DNA of 64,000 bases from a virus (IMGVR_UViG_3300010002_000010:27949-91948); one strand, 5' to 3'; shown: positions 33,954-44,197, numbered from the stretch's first letter. The notes: a model not told the origin generated them from the letters alone. Translations and numbers: made by a program.

Positions 33954-34804
33954 TTGAATTCCCTCCAGAATTTTATTTGCAGTTTCTTATAAACAATTCT
34001 ATTTCTTGAATATTCAATAATTGTTGTTCTTGGAACACTATAACCTTTTTCCAATAATTTTTTACCCAAATCATCAGCGCCACGGCCAGATAAAACCTCA
34101 TTTGTTTCAAGAATTTGAGCAAACATTATTTTTGAATTTGGATTATCTTTTCCAAATTTACCGTACATAGAATTTTTGGCGCCGGTTCGATCCGTTGGAT
34201 TTTCTTTTTTAGTTTTACTAATTTTTTCAAGGGTTTTTTTAGAATGTTTTTTTCCAAAAAATGGATTGTTTGATCCTGAGAAATCAATGCTTTTAGTTCT
34301 CATACCGTTTTTATCGCCGGTAATCTTATGACCTTGACCAAACATACTATTCCCTGATCCAGCCATTTGTTCACTTCGCATTTTTCGAATGCGGTTCATT
34401 TGTTTATCAGAATATCCTGCGTATGGATTTCCTTGATAGCCACCATCTTTTAGATTATACCAATCTCGATCTTTAACGGCGTCAAAAACTGTGTTAATAT
34501 AATGACGCTCCATTATTTCAAGATCCTCATAGGTTTTGCAAAGATGTATAATTCTTCTTTCAAAGCTCTCTTTACCATGTTTTTTGATAGCTTTTGCAAG
34601 AACAGTTCCACTGCCTAAATATGCTTTCATCCAACTAGTATGTTGGCCAACATATTTTCTTCCGTTGTTTTTATTTATAGTCACATAAATAAAACCTGCA
34701 TACATTTCTCTATCAATGCTTTCAAAATCATGGTTTTCCATATCCTGACAGATCAAACGATATTCGTCATCATTGTCAGGATTCCAATTGGAATGGCCAT
34801 TCAT
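33950..34804 (-). CDS. free-standing GIY-YIG homing endonuclease with NUMOD3-like repeats
   Basis: GFIYVTINKNNGRKYVGQ (GIY...YVG); three N.x(F/Y)G.....K repeats (NSMFGQGHK, NNPFFGKKHSKKT, NSMYGKFGK). Confidence 0.8.
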   Translation of the reverse strand: MNGHSNWNPDNDDEYRLICQDMENHDFESIDREMYAGFIYVTINKNNGRKYVGQHTSWMKAYLGSGTVLAKAIKKHGKESFERRIIHLCKTYEDLEIMERHYINTVFDAVKDRDWYNLKDGGYQGNPYAGYSDKQMNRIRKMRSEQMAGSGNSMFGQGHKITGDKNGMRTKSIDFSGSNNPFFGKKHSKKTLEKISKTKKENPTDRTGAKNSMYGKFGKDNPNSKIMFAQILETNEVLSGRGADDLGKKLLEKGYSVPRTTIIEYSRNRIVYKKLQIKFWREFK

Positions 34805-34806
34805 TT

Positions 34807-35265
34807 TTATAAAACTCCTTCCGCGATCAGTCTACTTACAATGTGCTCAACTGATTCTTTTGAAGTATCAACAGTGATTACATTCAGACGAGAATTTTTG
34901 ACTTCTTTCTCATAAACTTCTTTATGATAATTAAAATCTAAAACTTCATGGCCTGATCTCCAGCATCTTTCAACAAGAACATCAGTATCACAATCAAGGT
35001 AAATGGTTTGTGTCATTGGTCTTTTCCGCGATGACATCATTTCCAAAGCATCCAGCATAACCAATCCAGATTCCATCGATTCATATGATCGAATTAGATC
35101 CTCGCTTCGGTTAAAAATCTTGGCATAGGTTTTAAATCCAATTGGACCACGATCTACAATGACGTGTTGATAATTTGTTTGGCGGTTAATTTCATCCCAC
35201 ATAGTTCCTTTACCTGATCGGTCAACACCTTCGAGGATAATCATTTTGCAATATTTGTCTTCCAT
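34807..35265 (-). CDS. thymidylate-kinase-like P-loop dNMP kinase
   Basis: IILEGVDRSGKGT P-loop typical of Tmk; short at 152 aa. Confidence 0.55.
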   Translation of the reverse strand: MEDKYCKMIILEGVDRSGKGTMWDEINRQTNYQHVIVDRGPIGFKTYAKIFNRSEDLIRSYESMESGLVMLDALEMMSSRKRPMTQTIYLDCDTDVLVERCWRSGHEVLDFNYHKEVYEKEVKNSRLNVITVDTSKESVEHIVSRLIAEGVL

Positions 35266-35287
35266 ATAATCAATTCCTTTCCTTTAT

Positions 35288-35318
35288 ATTATACTTATTT
35301 TCTATTTTTAGTAAAGAA
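35288..35318 (-). promoter_or_regulatory. conserved phage promoter (TTTACT-N16-TATAATATAAagg)
   Basis: cctttatattatacttattttctatttttagtaaagaaa read directly. Confidence 0.55.
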
Positions 35319-35357
35319 AATCCAGCCAAATTTTAAATATAAGGCTGGATAGCTTTT

Positions 35358-35726
35358 TTACTCTTCGAATTGAACTTTTTTAATGTCTGCTTCTAAACGT
35401 TCTAAAATTGCTCTCAACTCTGAGTAACGTGGGTTTCTAGATAGATCAATAATCTCTCGGAATGATTCAACAGGAATGATCGCGGCTTGCATACGAATTT
35501 CGCGACCCGGCATTTCTGTTGGGAATCCATTATTTGATTGTGAGAATGGAACAAAAGCATCTTGAACTTTTACACGGAACATATCTGAATTTAAAGCTTT
35601 TTCAGCAATCATTTGGGACATTCGTTTTTTTACAAGATCCATAAAATTAGCATCATGTTTAAAAGCATCCCATTCATATGGTGGAACAGTATACATTGAA
35701 TTAAGAACCAAATTTTGTAATGACAT
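35358..35726 (-). CDS. hypothetical protein (122 aa)
   Basis: RBS ggagga. Confidence 0.5.
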   Translation of the reverse strand: MSLQNLVLNSMYTVPPYEWDAFKHDANFMDLVKKRMSQMIAEKALNSDMFRVKVQDAFVPFSQSNNGFPTEMPGREIRMQAAIIPVESFREIIDLSRNPRYSELRAILERLEADIKKVQFEE

Positions 35727-35728
35727 TA

Positions 35729-35968
35729 TTAAATTCCTCCAATTTCTACTACGCTATTTTGATGTTGTTCGATTTTATCGATTTCATCAACCAAGAAAAT
35801 TACATCTTCACAAAGATTTTTTATACCATGTGAATAATCTTTTTTATCTTCATTACTTAATTGATCGTTTTTAAGTTTCCCCGATGATTTAATAATATCT
35901 TGAATTATTCCATCAAGAGCTTGCTTTCTGCCAATAAGTTCATAATGATCTCTTGAAAATCGGGCCAT
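35729..35968 (-). CDS. hypothetical protein (79 aa)
   Basis: ORF in an operon. Confidence 0.45.
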   Translation of the reverse strand: MARFSRDHYELIGRKQALDGIIQDIIKSSGKLKNDQLSNEDKKDYSHGIKNLCEDVIFLVDEIDKIEQHQNSVVEIGGI

Positions 35969-36216
35969 TATTTATCACCTAATTCATTTTCAAGTTCGTC
36001 AAGAGCCGTTTGAGCAAACTCTTTGCTTGCATTGATTGACTTAGAAGAAATTTCATTGAAAAATAAGAGCCGCTGTTTAGGATTCATTGGTTCTAATTCA
36101 GGAAATACTTTTTCTGCTAATTGAGCAACGCGATTAACCACATTTGATCGCTCTTCACCTTCGGTTGTTAAAGCAAGAATTACACCAGCTAAATAGAATT
36201 TTTGTTTGTTTTCCAT
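35968..36216 (-). CDS. hypothetical protein (82 aa)
   Basis: RBS aaggagga. Confidence 0.5.
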   Translation of the reverse strand: MENKQKFYLAGVILALTTEGEERSNVVNRVAQLAEKVFPELEPMNPKQRLLFFNEISSKSINASKEFAQTALDELENELGDK

Positions 36217-36357
36217 TTTAATTTTCCTCCTTGATATTGATCCATTGTATAAAAAGTAAGATGAATCCAGCTAAAATTACTGCAATCATTTTGCTCTCCT
36301 TATGATTATATTATACTTGTCTTTTAAATTAATGAAAGACAAGTATAATTATTTTTT

Positions 36358-38151
36358 TTAAAAAATCAAAGGTAAATTATCAACGCCATTGGATCCAAAA
36401 GTGCCATTGTTTTCTTTTTCTGGCGATTCACCAATAAAAATATCCGAAACTACAATTTGTGTGGTTTTAGATCCGCCCCAATTATTTTCTCCAGCCTTAC
36501 CAACAGCGTTAATCACAAAACCACTATTAAATCCTGTTGTCAGTTGTTCAATCAATTCAAGAGAAGCCGCGTAAATGATTAATTCAACGCCAGATTTATA
36601 AAAAGTAACTAATCCACCACGAACACGAATATCTGCGGTTTTTACTTCAAGATTGGAAACGCCAATTAAAGGCTCGGTTACCTTTCCGCCAAACAAATGT
36701 TTGTTTTCATACAGTGCATCAATTGTTTCTCGATCAACAGATTTGTCCATCCAGACATCAACTTCATAAACAATTTCTTCCGGGAACTCAATTGCTTTTA
36801 CTTTATCAATAAACTGATCCAGCTTATTTTCAGGGATTGCAATACCAAAAGCATTTGCGTGACCTTGAGCAAACGTAACAAGTTTTGTTTCATTAGCCCA
36901 ATCTTTTAATGATGGAAGAATTTTATCCCATCCACGACCAGATCCTAAATAATGAGGTTCTCCATTGTATTCATCTTTAATTAGAACAAAGGCGGGTTTT
37001 TGATATTTTTGTGCCAATTTATTGGCGACTAATCCGGTTACTGATCCTTCTTTCATTCTTTCAGTAAAACCGATTACCAATCCCAAATTCATTAATCGAT
37101 CGCCTGACATCGCCGTCATAATTTTTTTGACCGCCGAGTTTTGACGCGTTTTTACTTTTTGGCAGAGATCAGCAATATGAGCATATGGTGTGGTGGTTTC
37201 ATCAACCATATTAAATTTGCCTGTTTGCTTATCTTTTCGCTTTTTGGTAACGATCATGGTTTCTGGCAGATTAATGTCATTCAAGGCAATGAACAATGTT
37301 TCCTTTTCTGACATCTTACCAACACGAGCCACCGCGTTAATTAGCGGAATAATTGAAAACGAAAGATCAATTGGGGCAATATTTTCAACAGATCCGAATT
37401 GCGACGTCAACACCTCAGTTAAAAATTTGTTTTTAATGTTTGCCAATCCAGTAAAAACAATATTTCGAATTTCAGGATCTGAAATATCAGAAGCATCTCC
37501 AACTTGTCCAACGGCCGCGAGATCCTCTAAGCCTTTAGAATAATCATGACCATATGTTTCATCGTATGCTTGACAAAAACGTAAAACCATGCCAGCTCCA
37601 ACTAATTTTGGGTTTGCATTAATATTTCCATTATTCTGATTATTCAAAATAACACCGCTCGCTGTTACTTTGCCATCTTCAATTTCATGGTGATCGATAA
37701 CAAGAACACGAATCTTATGTGTTTTTTCAAGTTTTTCAATTGCACCAATATCATTTGATCCAGCATCGGGGACAATCAACAAACCGGGATTTGATTTAAC
37801 CACTTGGCTAATAATCTTATCAGTTAATCCGTGGGTTTTTGCATCATGGAAATAATAATCAATTTCAATGTCAGGATCTAACCGTTTTAAATATTGGTAC
37901 ATAATACTTGCGGAAGTATATCCATCTGCATCGGGGTCAACTACAATACCAATTTTAAATTTGTTTGCAATGGATCCTACCAGTCGCCGAATACCGTCCA
38001 TTACATTTCTTACTTCCCAAAAGTTTAAATCCTTTGAATCGTTTGGATTTAAGAATTGCTCCATATCTTGAATATCTCTTGTCTCCAAAACTTTTTGAAC
38101 AACGTTGTATTGATTTGATACTGTTCTTTCTTTCAGTACAAATTTACCCAT
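36358..38151 (-). CDS. recJ: RecJ-like single-strand DNA exonuclease (DHH/DHHA1 phosphoesterase)
   Basis: VVDPDADGYTSASIM and VIDHHE (DHH motifs); 597 aa. Confidence 0.75.
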   Translation of the reverse strand: MGKFVLKERTVSNQYNVVQKVLETRDIQDMEQFLNPNDSKDLNFWEVRNVMDGIRRLVGSIANKFKIGIVVDPDADGYTSASIMYQYLKRLDPDIEIDYYFHDAKTHGLTDKIISQVVKSNPGLLIVPDAGSNDIGAIEKLEKTHKIRVLVIDHHEIEDGKVTASGVILNNQNNGNINANPKLVGAGMVLRFCQAYDETYGHDYSKGLEDLAAVGQVGDASDISDPEIRNIVFTGLANIKNKFLTEVLTSQFGSVENIAPIDLSFSIIPLINAVARVGKMSEKETLFIALNDINLPETMIVTKKRKDKQTGKFNMVDETTTPYAHIADLCQKVKTRQNSAVKKIMTAMSGDRLMNLGLVIGFTERMKEGSVTGLVANKLAQKYQKPAFVLIKDEYNGEPHYLGSGRGWDKILPSLKDWANETKLVTFAQGHANAFGIAIPENKLDQFIDKVKAIEFPEEIVYEVDVWMDKSVDRETIDALYENKHLFGGKVTEPLIGVSNLEVKTADIRVRGGLVTFYKSGVELIIYAASLELIEQLTTGFNSGFVINAVGKAGENNWGGSKTTQIVVSDIFIGESPEKENNGTFGSNGVDNLPLIF

Positions 38152-38165
38152 TTAATTTGATCTCC

Positions 38166-39233
38166 TTATTTGCCTACCGCAATTTTATTTTTCCAAAGCT
38201 TTTCAAATATTTCAATGCCTTTATCTGTTGGTGAGTCTTTAAGCTCTAAATCATTTTCAATGTCCCACAAAATGAAAACATTAAAATATGATGACAGACG
38301 ATCAATAAAGACTTTTTCAATTTTCTCCGCGTAAAACTTTTCTCGCGGTGAACCAATCTCATCAAATTCTTTATCTGTACCAATCACAATATTTTCAATA
38401 CCAAGCGAAACCAAAATTCTGATCTGGGTATCTGTAATCGAACTACCTGATAATGCTGTTCCAATTGACATATTGGGTTTAAATGAAGCCAACTGTAAAA
38501 CCGATTTCTCAGATTCAAACAGTGCAAGAGTTTTATACCTCTTAATATGATCTAAATTTTTATTTAAACCATATAAGGCACCCCCTGTAGGGTGTTTAAG
38601 GATCTTGTTTTTATAGAAAACAGGCATATACTTTCTTCCCTCTTCTACATCTTCTTCATTTAGATTCCGCGCGCGAACACCGATCAAATTATTATCAATA
38701 TCAAAATGCGGAATTATAATTTGATTACTCATAATTGAAAATTTAATTTCGAAATCCTTCATTACGTTAGTTGAGATTCCTTCTTTGATCCAATCCATAT
38801 GAGGATAATCATAATATGAATTTAAAATGCTTTTATCCAGTGGATTAATTGTGATTATTTCTTCTTTGTTTTCAAACTTTTTAAAAAAGGACATATCAAT
38901 TTCATCTTCTTCGTTTGATCCAAAACCAATTTTAAAACCGGAATTAATATTGAATTTATCACAAATATAATGAAATGCTTGTCCAAATTTCATATGCTTG
39001 GCTCTTTCAATTAATCCAAATACGTTGAATGAGCAGGAACATTCGCTAAAGCAGTGGAATCTTTTTGATTCGGCGTAATAGACCAACTTGTGTTTTCCAG
39101 TATGTGCTGGATTATGGCAGACAGATCTAGAAAATAAATCATCTCCTTGTTCATATGGTTCTCCACCAAGATCATCAAGTAATGATTTAATATCTATAAT
39201 TGAAAGGGTGTCGATTACTTGATTTGCATTCAT
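38166..39233 (-). CDS. dnaG: DNA primase (DnaG-like: zinc-binding plus TOPRIM)
   Basis: CHNPAH...CFSECSC zinc motif followed by a TOPRIM-like region; adjacent to the helicase gene. Confidence 0.7.
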   Translation of the reverse strand: MNANQVIDTLSIIDIKSLLDDLGGEPYEQGDDLFSRSVCHNPAHTGKHKLVYYAESKRFHCFSECSCSFNVFGLIERAKHMKFGQAFHYICDKFNINSGFKIGFGSNEEDEIDMSFFKKFENKEEIITINPLDKSILNSYYDYPHMDWIKEGISTNVMKDFEIKFSIMSNQIIIPHFDIDNNLIGVRARNLNEEDVEEGRKYMPVFYKNKILKHPTGGALYGLNKNLDHIKRYKTLALFESEKSVLQLASFKPNMSIGTALSGSSITDTQIRILVSLGIENIVIGTDKEFDEIGSPREKFYAEKIEKVFIDRLSSYFNVFILWDIENDLELKDSPTDKGIEIFEKLWKNKIAVGK

Positions 39234-39267
39234 GCTATCACCTTTCCTTATTTCTTATTACTTATAT

Positions 39268-39298
39268 ATTATACTTACTTTTCAGAAAATAGAAAAAA
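39268..39298 (-). promoter_or_regulatory. conserved phage promoter (TATAATATATaagtaat family)
   Basis: cttatatattatacttactttt read directly. Confidence 0.5.
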
Positions 39299-39321
39299 AC
39301 AGGGATAAAAAATATCCCCGT

Positions 39322-40998
39322 TTAGAAAATTAACTCTTCTGGTGCATCTTCTTTATAAGCTGATACCGATTCAGATAATGAATCTAAAATTACAGGGACT
39401 TCTCTTTCAACTTCAACCCCATGATCCAAATCTTCTGGTTGTAATTCTGGCGGCTCTGTCTGAAGCTCATCATCAAAATTAATAATTGTCTGTTTAATTT
39501 TGTCTTGCAAAATAAAGTCAAGATCCGTTACAAATAATACTTCCTCACGAAGTGTACCTAAATTCATATGAGTCCAAATAATAATATTATCTCGACCACC
39601 ACGGTTTTTGTAAACCCAATGAGAAAAGTTTGGTGTTTTGAAAAATCCACCTTCAAGGATATGCTTCAGTTCTTTTCGGTCATCATCCCGAACTTTAAAC
39701 GAGATCAATCCAAAATCAACCTTATCGGCAGTAGCTGATCCGCCACGCAAACTTGACGTATCACGGTTTTCCTTGTCTTTTGAGCTACGGTTTAACTGTG
39801 TTGAAGTTGTGATATACACATTATATTTATTGGCTAGGATTTTAAGAGCCGCCGAAAATTGCACTAAAATCTGATCTTCCCGAAGATTTGATCCAAATGC
39901 TGTTTGCATTGTACGAGAAAGTTTTGGCGTCATTTGAATATAGTCAAACGCAACCAGCTTAACTCCGTTCTCAATAATATGCTTTTCGATCAACATTTCA
40001 ATATCAGCAATAGAAAAATCGTCAATGTATTCCGCGTAAAGAGGTGCTCGACCTAATACCTCAATGCCCATTTCTAATCTTTCACGAGTTTTCCGATCGT
40101 AAAAACCATCTTTAATAACTTCTTCATCAATACCTGTAATAAATGCAAGCATTGTTGTTTGAAGCTCTTCTTTTTCTAGCTCAGTTGAGATAAAAAGTGT
40201 TGGCTCTGCATTTCCGTTGAAAGTCCAACCGCGGTCATATTCATAGATCATATCACAAGAAGCATTACAAATATCCATGATTGATTGCCGAGATTTACCT
40301 CCACCTGTGCCAGCCGAACGAAGCATTAATTTTTTGCCTCGCATTCCGCGGAAAACAGTATTGTAATAACTATTACGGAAAGGATAACCAAACTCTGGTT
40401 GCTCTTGCAGTTTATCCAGTAATGATCCAAGATCATCACCAGCACGGAATGAAACTGATTCTCTGCCCACTTGCCAAGAATCACGGATTTTCATCATTTT
40501 TAAAGTGTAATGCTCGATAATATCCTGGGTGCTCATTTTATCAATTACTTCAACACCCTGCTGAATGACACTAAGATCCTGATTGTTGTAATCACAAAGA
40601 TCAGACACATCAATTCCACTTTCAAGATACATCCGAAGCAAACTGAATTTTTTTAGCCGATCATAATTTGATCGGAATGTTTTTGTGTTTGTGTTTTCAA
40701 TACATTTTCTGACATACTCCAAGCCATTACCTTTTTCCCACTTTTTATAAAGGCTTGGATATGGCGCCAAATAATTATCAATATCAACCTCAGTAATCTT
40801 TGTTGTTTCTGATGAAGAGTATACCAGGTTGTTGATTGCATTGAAAATGATCTGATGAAATTCTTGTGCAAAATCCCGATCGCTTAAATCAACTTCGGGG
40901 CTACGAAGCTGTTGTGGGTTAATACAAAGATTACCAATAACTGAAAAAACTGATCGCTTTTGATTTAAAGCTGACGGTGTTTCGATTTTACTGCTCAT
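39322..40998 (-). CDS. dnaB: replicative DNA helicase (DnaB family)
   Basis: DnaB-like N-terminal domain; Walker A LRSAGTGGGKS; 558 aa. Confidence 0.8.
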   Translation of the reverse strand: MSSKIETPSALNQKRSVFSVIGNLCINPQQLRSPEVDLSDRDFAQEFHQIIFNAINNLVYSSSETTKITEVDIDNYLAPYPSLYKKWEKGNGLEYVRKCIENTNTKTFRSNYDRLKKFSLLRMYLESGIDVSDLCDYNNQDLSVIQQGVEVIDKMSTQDIIEHYTLKMMKIRDSWQVGRESVSFRAGDDLGSLLDKLQEQPEFGYPFRNSYYNTVFRGMRGKKLMLRSAGTGGGKSRQSIMDICNASCDMIYEYDRGWTFNGNAEPTLFISTELEKEELQTTMLAFITGIDEEVIKDGFYDRKTRERLEMGIEVLGRAPLYAEYIDDFSIADIEMLIEKHIIENGVKLVAFDYIQMTPKLSRTMQTAFGSNLREDQILVQFSAALKILANKYNVYITTSTQLNRSSKDKENRDTSSLRGGSATADKVDFGLISFKVRDDDRKELKHILEGGFFKTPNFSHWVYKNRGGRDNIIIWTHMNLGTLREEVLFVTDLDFILQDKIKQTIINFDDELQTEPPELQPEDLDHGVEVEREVPVILDSLSESVSAYKEDAPEELIF

Positions 40999-41497
40999 TT
41001 AGGCGGGCCTCCATATTTTCCATGTTCACAATTTTTTTATTGCGAAGGTCATTTTGTGTATTGTTTATTGCCGGTCTTTTCATGGTCACAACTTTTGTTT
41101 CACTTTTTTGCAAAGTTGTTTCTGACCGTCTGCGGATCAGATCTTTATAATAATCAATCATTTCATCATAAATATATGGCACCAAAGCAAGACCAGCGCT
41201 AGAATACATTGTTTTTTTCTGGATCCGAATAATATAGTCAATTGTCAATCGGATATTTTTGTACGAATACTTGCGCTCTTCATGGAAGGTTTTGATTTGA
41301 CGAAGCATCAATCCTGTTGGATAAGTTATATTAAATGTTTCTTGAATGAAAGCATAAAGTTCTTTCCGATCATGTTCGTTTTTTTCTTTTTTGGAAGCAC
41401 AAGCAAAACAGTAATTCTTACCGCCGATTTGTTCCATTTTACTTTTTGGGTGCTTCTGATTACAATATCCATAACATTTTAGTAATCGTTCTGCCAA
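40988..41497 (-). CDS. hypothetical zinc-ribbon protein (possible helicase-associated factor)
   Basis: CYGYC...CFAC; TTG start with RBS aaagggg; 8-nt overlap with dnaB. Confidence 0.45.
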   Translation of the reverse strand: MAERLLKCYGYCNQKHPKSKMEQIGGKNYCFACASKKEKNEHDRKELYAFIQETFNITYPTGLMLRQIKTFHEERKYSYKNIRLTIDYIIRIQKKTMYSSAGLALVPYIYDEMIDYYKDLIRRRSETTLQKSETKVVTMKRPAINNTQNDLRNKKIVNMENMEARLNEQ

Positions 41498-41524
41498 TTA
41501 AATCTACCCCTTTCATACATATAT

Positions 41525-41555
41525 ATTATACTTAAATTTTTCAATTAGTAAAGAA
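41525..41555 (-). promoter_or_regulatory. conserved phage promoter (TTTACT-N-TATAATATAT)
   Basis: acatatatattatacttaaatttttcaattagtaaagaaaa read directly. Confidence 0.55.
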
Positions 41556-41572
41556 AAAACCTCCGAAGAGGT

Positions 41573-42058
41573 TTATAAATCTCTTAAAATTTCAAGATAG
41601 GTCTCCTTACGAAGACGAAGCCGCTCTTTTAAGACCATATTTTTTTCGTGTTTAAGATCAACGTTGACCTCTTCAATTTTCTGTCTAAGCTTTCTTTCAA
41701 CATTTGTTTCTGATTTTAGCGGTGAATCCCAGTTAATGGCCACCAAATTTAATTCCAAATCTAGTTGGGCAATTGCAAAAGAATTATGAGCTTCAAACTG
41801 CTCGGTAAGTTTTAGTAATTTTTCTTTTAGCTTAAAATGTTCTACTTCCGAATTTTCAAACTGTTGGGCTTTTGATAGATCGACTGTTGTTGTAAAAGTG
41901 ACATGACCAAGCGGATCCATGTTAATTTGTTTTACAAAATGGGGCTTTGATGAAGTTGCGGAATAAAACAATACAATAAACTGATTTCGTTTTTCAAATT
42001 GTTCTTTTACTTTTAGAAACCCGGTTAATACTTGGGCTGTTTTTTCAACATGACTCAT
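41573..42058 (-). CDS. hypothetical protein (161 aa)
   Basis: RBS ggaggt; ATGA overlap with the upstream gene. Confidence 0.5.
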   Translation of the reverse strand: MSHVEKTAQVLTGFLKVKEQFEKRNQFIVLFYSATSSKPHFVKQINMDPLGHVTFTTTVDLSKAQQFENSEVEHFKLKEKLLKLTEQFEAHNSFAIAQLDLELNLVAINWDSPLKSETNVERKLRQKIEEVNVDLKHEKNMVLKERLRLRKETYLEILRDL

Positions 42059-42342
42059 TCAGAAAAACCTCCAAAATAAATATAGTTTCGAATAGCATCT
42101 GTGGCAACCGCAATCCCAATAATGAAGAACATAAGATCAATCTCGTTTACATTTAAACCTAATCCTCGTAAAAAATCAATCATTAAAAATGATCCGACAT
42201 AAGCAGTAAGCGTAAACAAAACCAATACAAATATAAATTTAATTAAGACCGCCAATATTTTTTTAATAGTTTCCATAATATTACCTCCAATTTTATTAAA
42301 CAGGTTTACCGTCTTTCCATACAATTTCAAATTCAGATTCAT
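42055..42342 (-). CDS. hypothetical membrane protein (95 aa)
   Basis: Two TMs. Confidence 0.5.
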   Translation of the reverse strand: MNLNLKLYGKTVNLFNKIGGNIMETIKKILAVLIKFIFVLVLFTLTAYVGSFLMIDFLRGLGLNVNEIDLMFFIIGIAVATDAIRNYIYFGGFSE

Positions 42343-42661
42343 TCATTGGCGTTCCGCCACCACCATATTTTGATCCATAAGATTCATAGCAATCTTTTTG
42401 TTCTTGTACTTCACTAGCATTTTGAAGCCAAGTATAACTAGTACCGGTGCGAGGATTTTCTCTTACTCTATAATATAGGCCCTCTCTAATGTGTTCATAA
42501 TTGCTAGTTGCTTTTACATAAGTGTCAGATTTTGATCCGCCAAGATGAACAAGTTTTTGCCAAAGTCCATTTTCAGGTGATTTTAGCTTTTTAGCCAATA
42601 AAGATTCAAGATCTTCTAAAGTTAATTTTTTAATAACTTTGTTTAATTGTCTGCGGTTCAT
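42296..42661 (-). CDS. hypothetical protein (121 aa)
   Basis: RBS tggaggc. Confidence 0.5.
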   Translation of the reverse strand: MNRRQLNKVIKKLTLEDLESLLAKKLKSPENGLWQKLVHLGGSKSDTYVKATSNYEHIREGLYYRVRENPRTGTSYTWLQNASEVQEQKDCYESYGSKYGGGGTPMNESEFEIVWKDGKPV

Positions 42662-42678
42662 AATATGGCCTCCATTTT

Positions 42679-42975
42679 TTATTGAATATCTTTTTTGTAT
42701 AATTCATATTTATCTTCAAAATCCCTTGAAACAAATTTCGAGGCTTTTTGTATTCTATTGAACCAATAATCAGATATTGCATTAACAACTAATCTCGCAT
42801 TTTGTCTTACTAAAACACCTTTTTCATTCTTATGGGGTAAAGATATATTTCCCGCTTTATTTGCTTTTTTAAGTTTTTCTAAACAGTATAAGCATTCTTC
42901 TTCCATTTCTGATTGAAAAGGATCAAAGACTTCCAACATGTCATTTGTCATAAAATCTCTAAGTTTAGATTCCAT
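42679..42975 (-). CDS. hypothetical protein (98 aa)
   Basis: RBS gaggtg; preceded by the GC-rich element E2. Confidence 0.5.
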   Translation of the reverse strand: MESKLRDFMTNDMLEVFDPFQSEMEEECLYCLEKLKKANKAGNISLPHKNEKGVLVRQNARLVVNAISDYWFNRIQKASKFVSRDFEDKYELYKKDIQ

Positions 42976-42995
42976 TATTACACCTCGTAAAATTT

Positions 42996-43135
42996 ATATT
43001 TTATTCTGCATACGGTGTTTTAAATTGAGCCAGATCGCGTTAAACTAGCCCTGTATGACCTCCTAGCGGCCCTGAACCACTTCATTTAAGTTCAGGACTG
43101 TTAGGAAGCCACACATCGCGATCTGGAAGCAATTT
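42996..43135 (-). ncRNA. GC-rich structured intercistronic element E2, homolog of 20577-20716
   Basis: TAGCCCTGTATGACCTCC..., CCTGAAC/GTTCAGG stem and CACACATCGCGATCTGGAAGC shared with E1; CCAGATCGCG/CGCGATCTGG inverted repeat. Confidence 0.5.
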
Positions 43136-43140
43136 TATTT

Positions 43141-43611
43141 TTAAATGCGGTTTTCTGGTTTTTCTTCATGATAATTGTATATTTCTTTATACTCGTAATT
43201 TTCAATTACATAAATTGACATAACAACATCATTATCTTTGGAAACATACGATCGGCCTTTTTCATAATTCTCGATTGAGGCGCAATGCTCTCCGCATTTA
43301 TAAGTCGTTCTACAAGGTTCTCCCGTTTCTTTATTTTTTAAAATAATGTGTAGTGCAGAATACATTCTTTTTCTTGAATCCAAATTTACTGGTAACCATT
43401 CTTTTTTCCCGCTGACATTATTTTTTAAAATTTTTAAATTCTTTTCTTCACGAAGATCTCCTAAACTACTAACGTAGATTTCTCCAGCATTCGATTTTCC
43501 TAAAATAATTTGAACAGTATTCCCATTATCTTGAACATATTGAAAACCATATTCAAATTGCTTTTCTTCCATTCCTTTAATAATTTCGCTAAAAGTCATT
43601 TGCAATGCCAT
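43141..43611 (-). CDS. hypothetical protein (156 aa)
   Basis: RBS aggagga. Confidence 0.55.
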   Translation of the reverse strand: MALQMTFSEIIKGMEEKQFEYGFQYVQDNGNTVQIILGKSNAGEIYVSSLGDLREEKNLKILKNNVSGKKEWLPVNLDSRKRMYSALHIILKNKETGEPCRTTYKCGEHCASIENYEKGRSYVSKDNDVVMSIYVIENYEYKEIYNYHEEKPENRI

Positions 43612-43638
43612 TTTATTTCCTCCTTCTACTTACTTTTA

Positions 43639-43668
43639 TATTATACTTACAAATTCAGATCTGTAAAA
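43639..43668 (-). promoter_or_regulatory. conserved phage promoter (TATAATATAAaagtaag family)
   Basis: cttacttttatattatacttac read directly; terminator ataagcc-cgaa-ggcttat at 43683-43707. Confidence 0.55.
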
Positions 43669-43704
43669 GAAAAAAGCAAAAAAAATAAGCCCGAAGGCTT
43701 ATTC

Positions 43705-43998
43705 TTATCTTTTTGTTAATGTTACCATGTATTTAAGAGCAGTACTCATTTTTTTAACAGGTCGAACACCAACCGGAATGTTGTCATTAGATCCTGAGTA
43801 AACATCTTCATAAACACAGAAGTTGTCTTTTTCATCTTCTGGGCACTCAATTACAAATGAGCGGTTGCCGTAGAAAAACATTACAGTTTCATCAATCGAT
43901 ATTACTTGTGTAAAACAATGTCCGTTGGCTCCTTCTTTTAAAAGTTTTTCTCCTTTCTCTTTGATCTGTTCAACAATGTTTCTTGTGTAGTCTGTCAT
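43705..43998 (-). CDS. hypothetical protein (~97 aa)
   Basis: Start at the ATG at 43998 with RBS ggagga; has a long GC-rich 5' leader. Confidence 0.5.
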   Translation of the reverse strand: MTDYTRNIVEQIKEKGEKLLKEGANGHCFTQVISIDETVMFFYGNRSFVIECPEDEKDNFCVYEDVYSGSNDNIPVGVRPVKKMSTALKYMVTLTKR

Positions 43999-44019
43999 TT
44001 TAATTCCTCCAATTAATGT

Positions 44020-44100
44020 ATTTAGGAGCATCTTCCGTCTTGGCGTCAATCTAGGTCGCTCAGGCTAATTGCCGTCGTGGCGTACTCCGCTCGGAAAGAT
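44020..44100 (-). ncRNA. GC-rich structured 5' leader between the TGTACA promoter and the 43998 start codon
   Basis: ~80-nt GC-rich block (ggcgtcaatctaggtcgctcaggc...gccgtcgtggcgtactccgctcgg) downstream of the -10 at 44127. Confidence 0.4.
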
Positions 44101-44126
44101 CTTATTTGCTTGCTCTCTATATATTA

Positions 44127-44155
44127 ATTATACTCTGTATTCCCACAACTGTACA
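44127..44155 (-). promoter_or_regulatory. TGTACA-N17-TATAAT promoter (minus strand)
   Basis: attata at 44127-44132 and tgtaca at 44150-44155. Confidence 0.6.
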
Positions 44156-44197
44156 CTGTTTTATGGGATTTAATTAAAAAAAATAAGGCCAAAGGCC

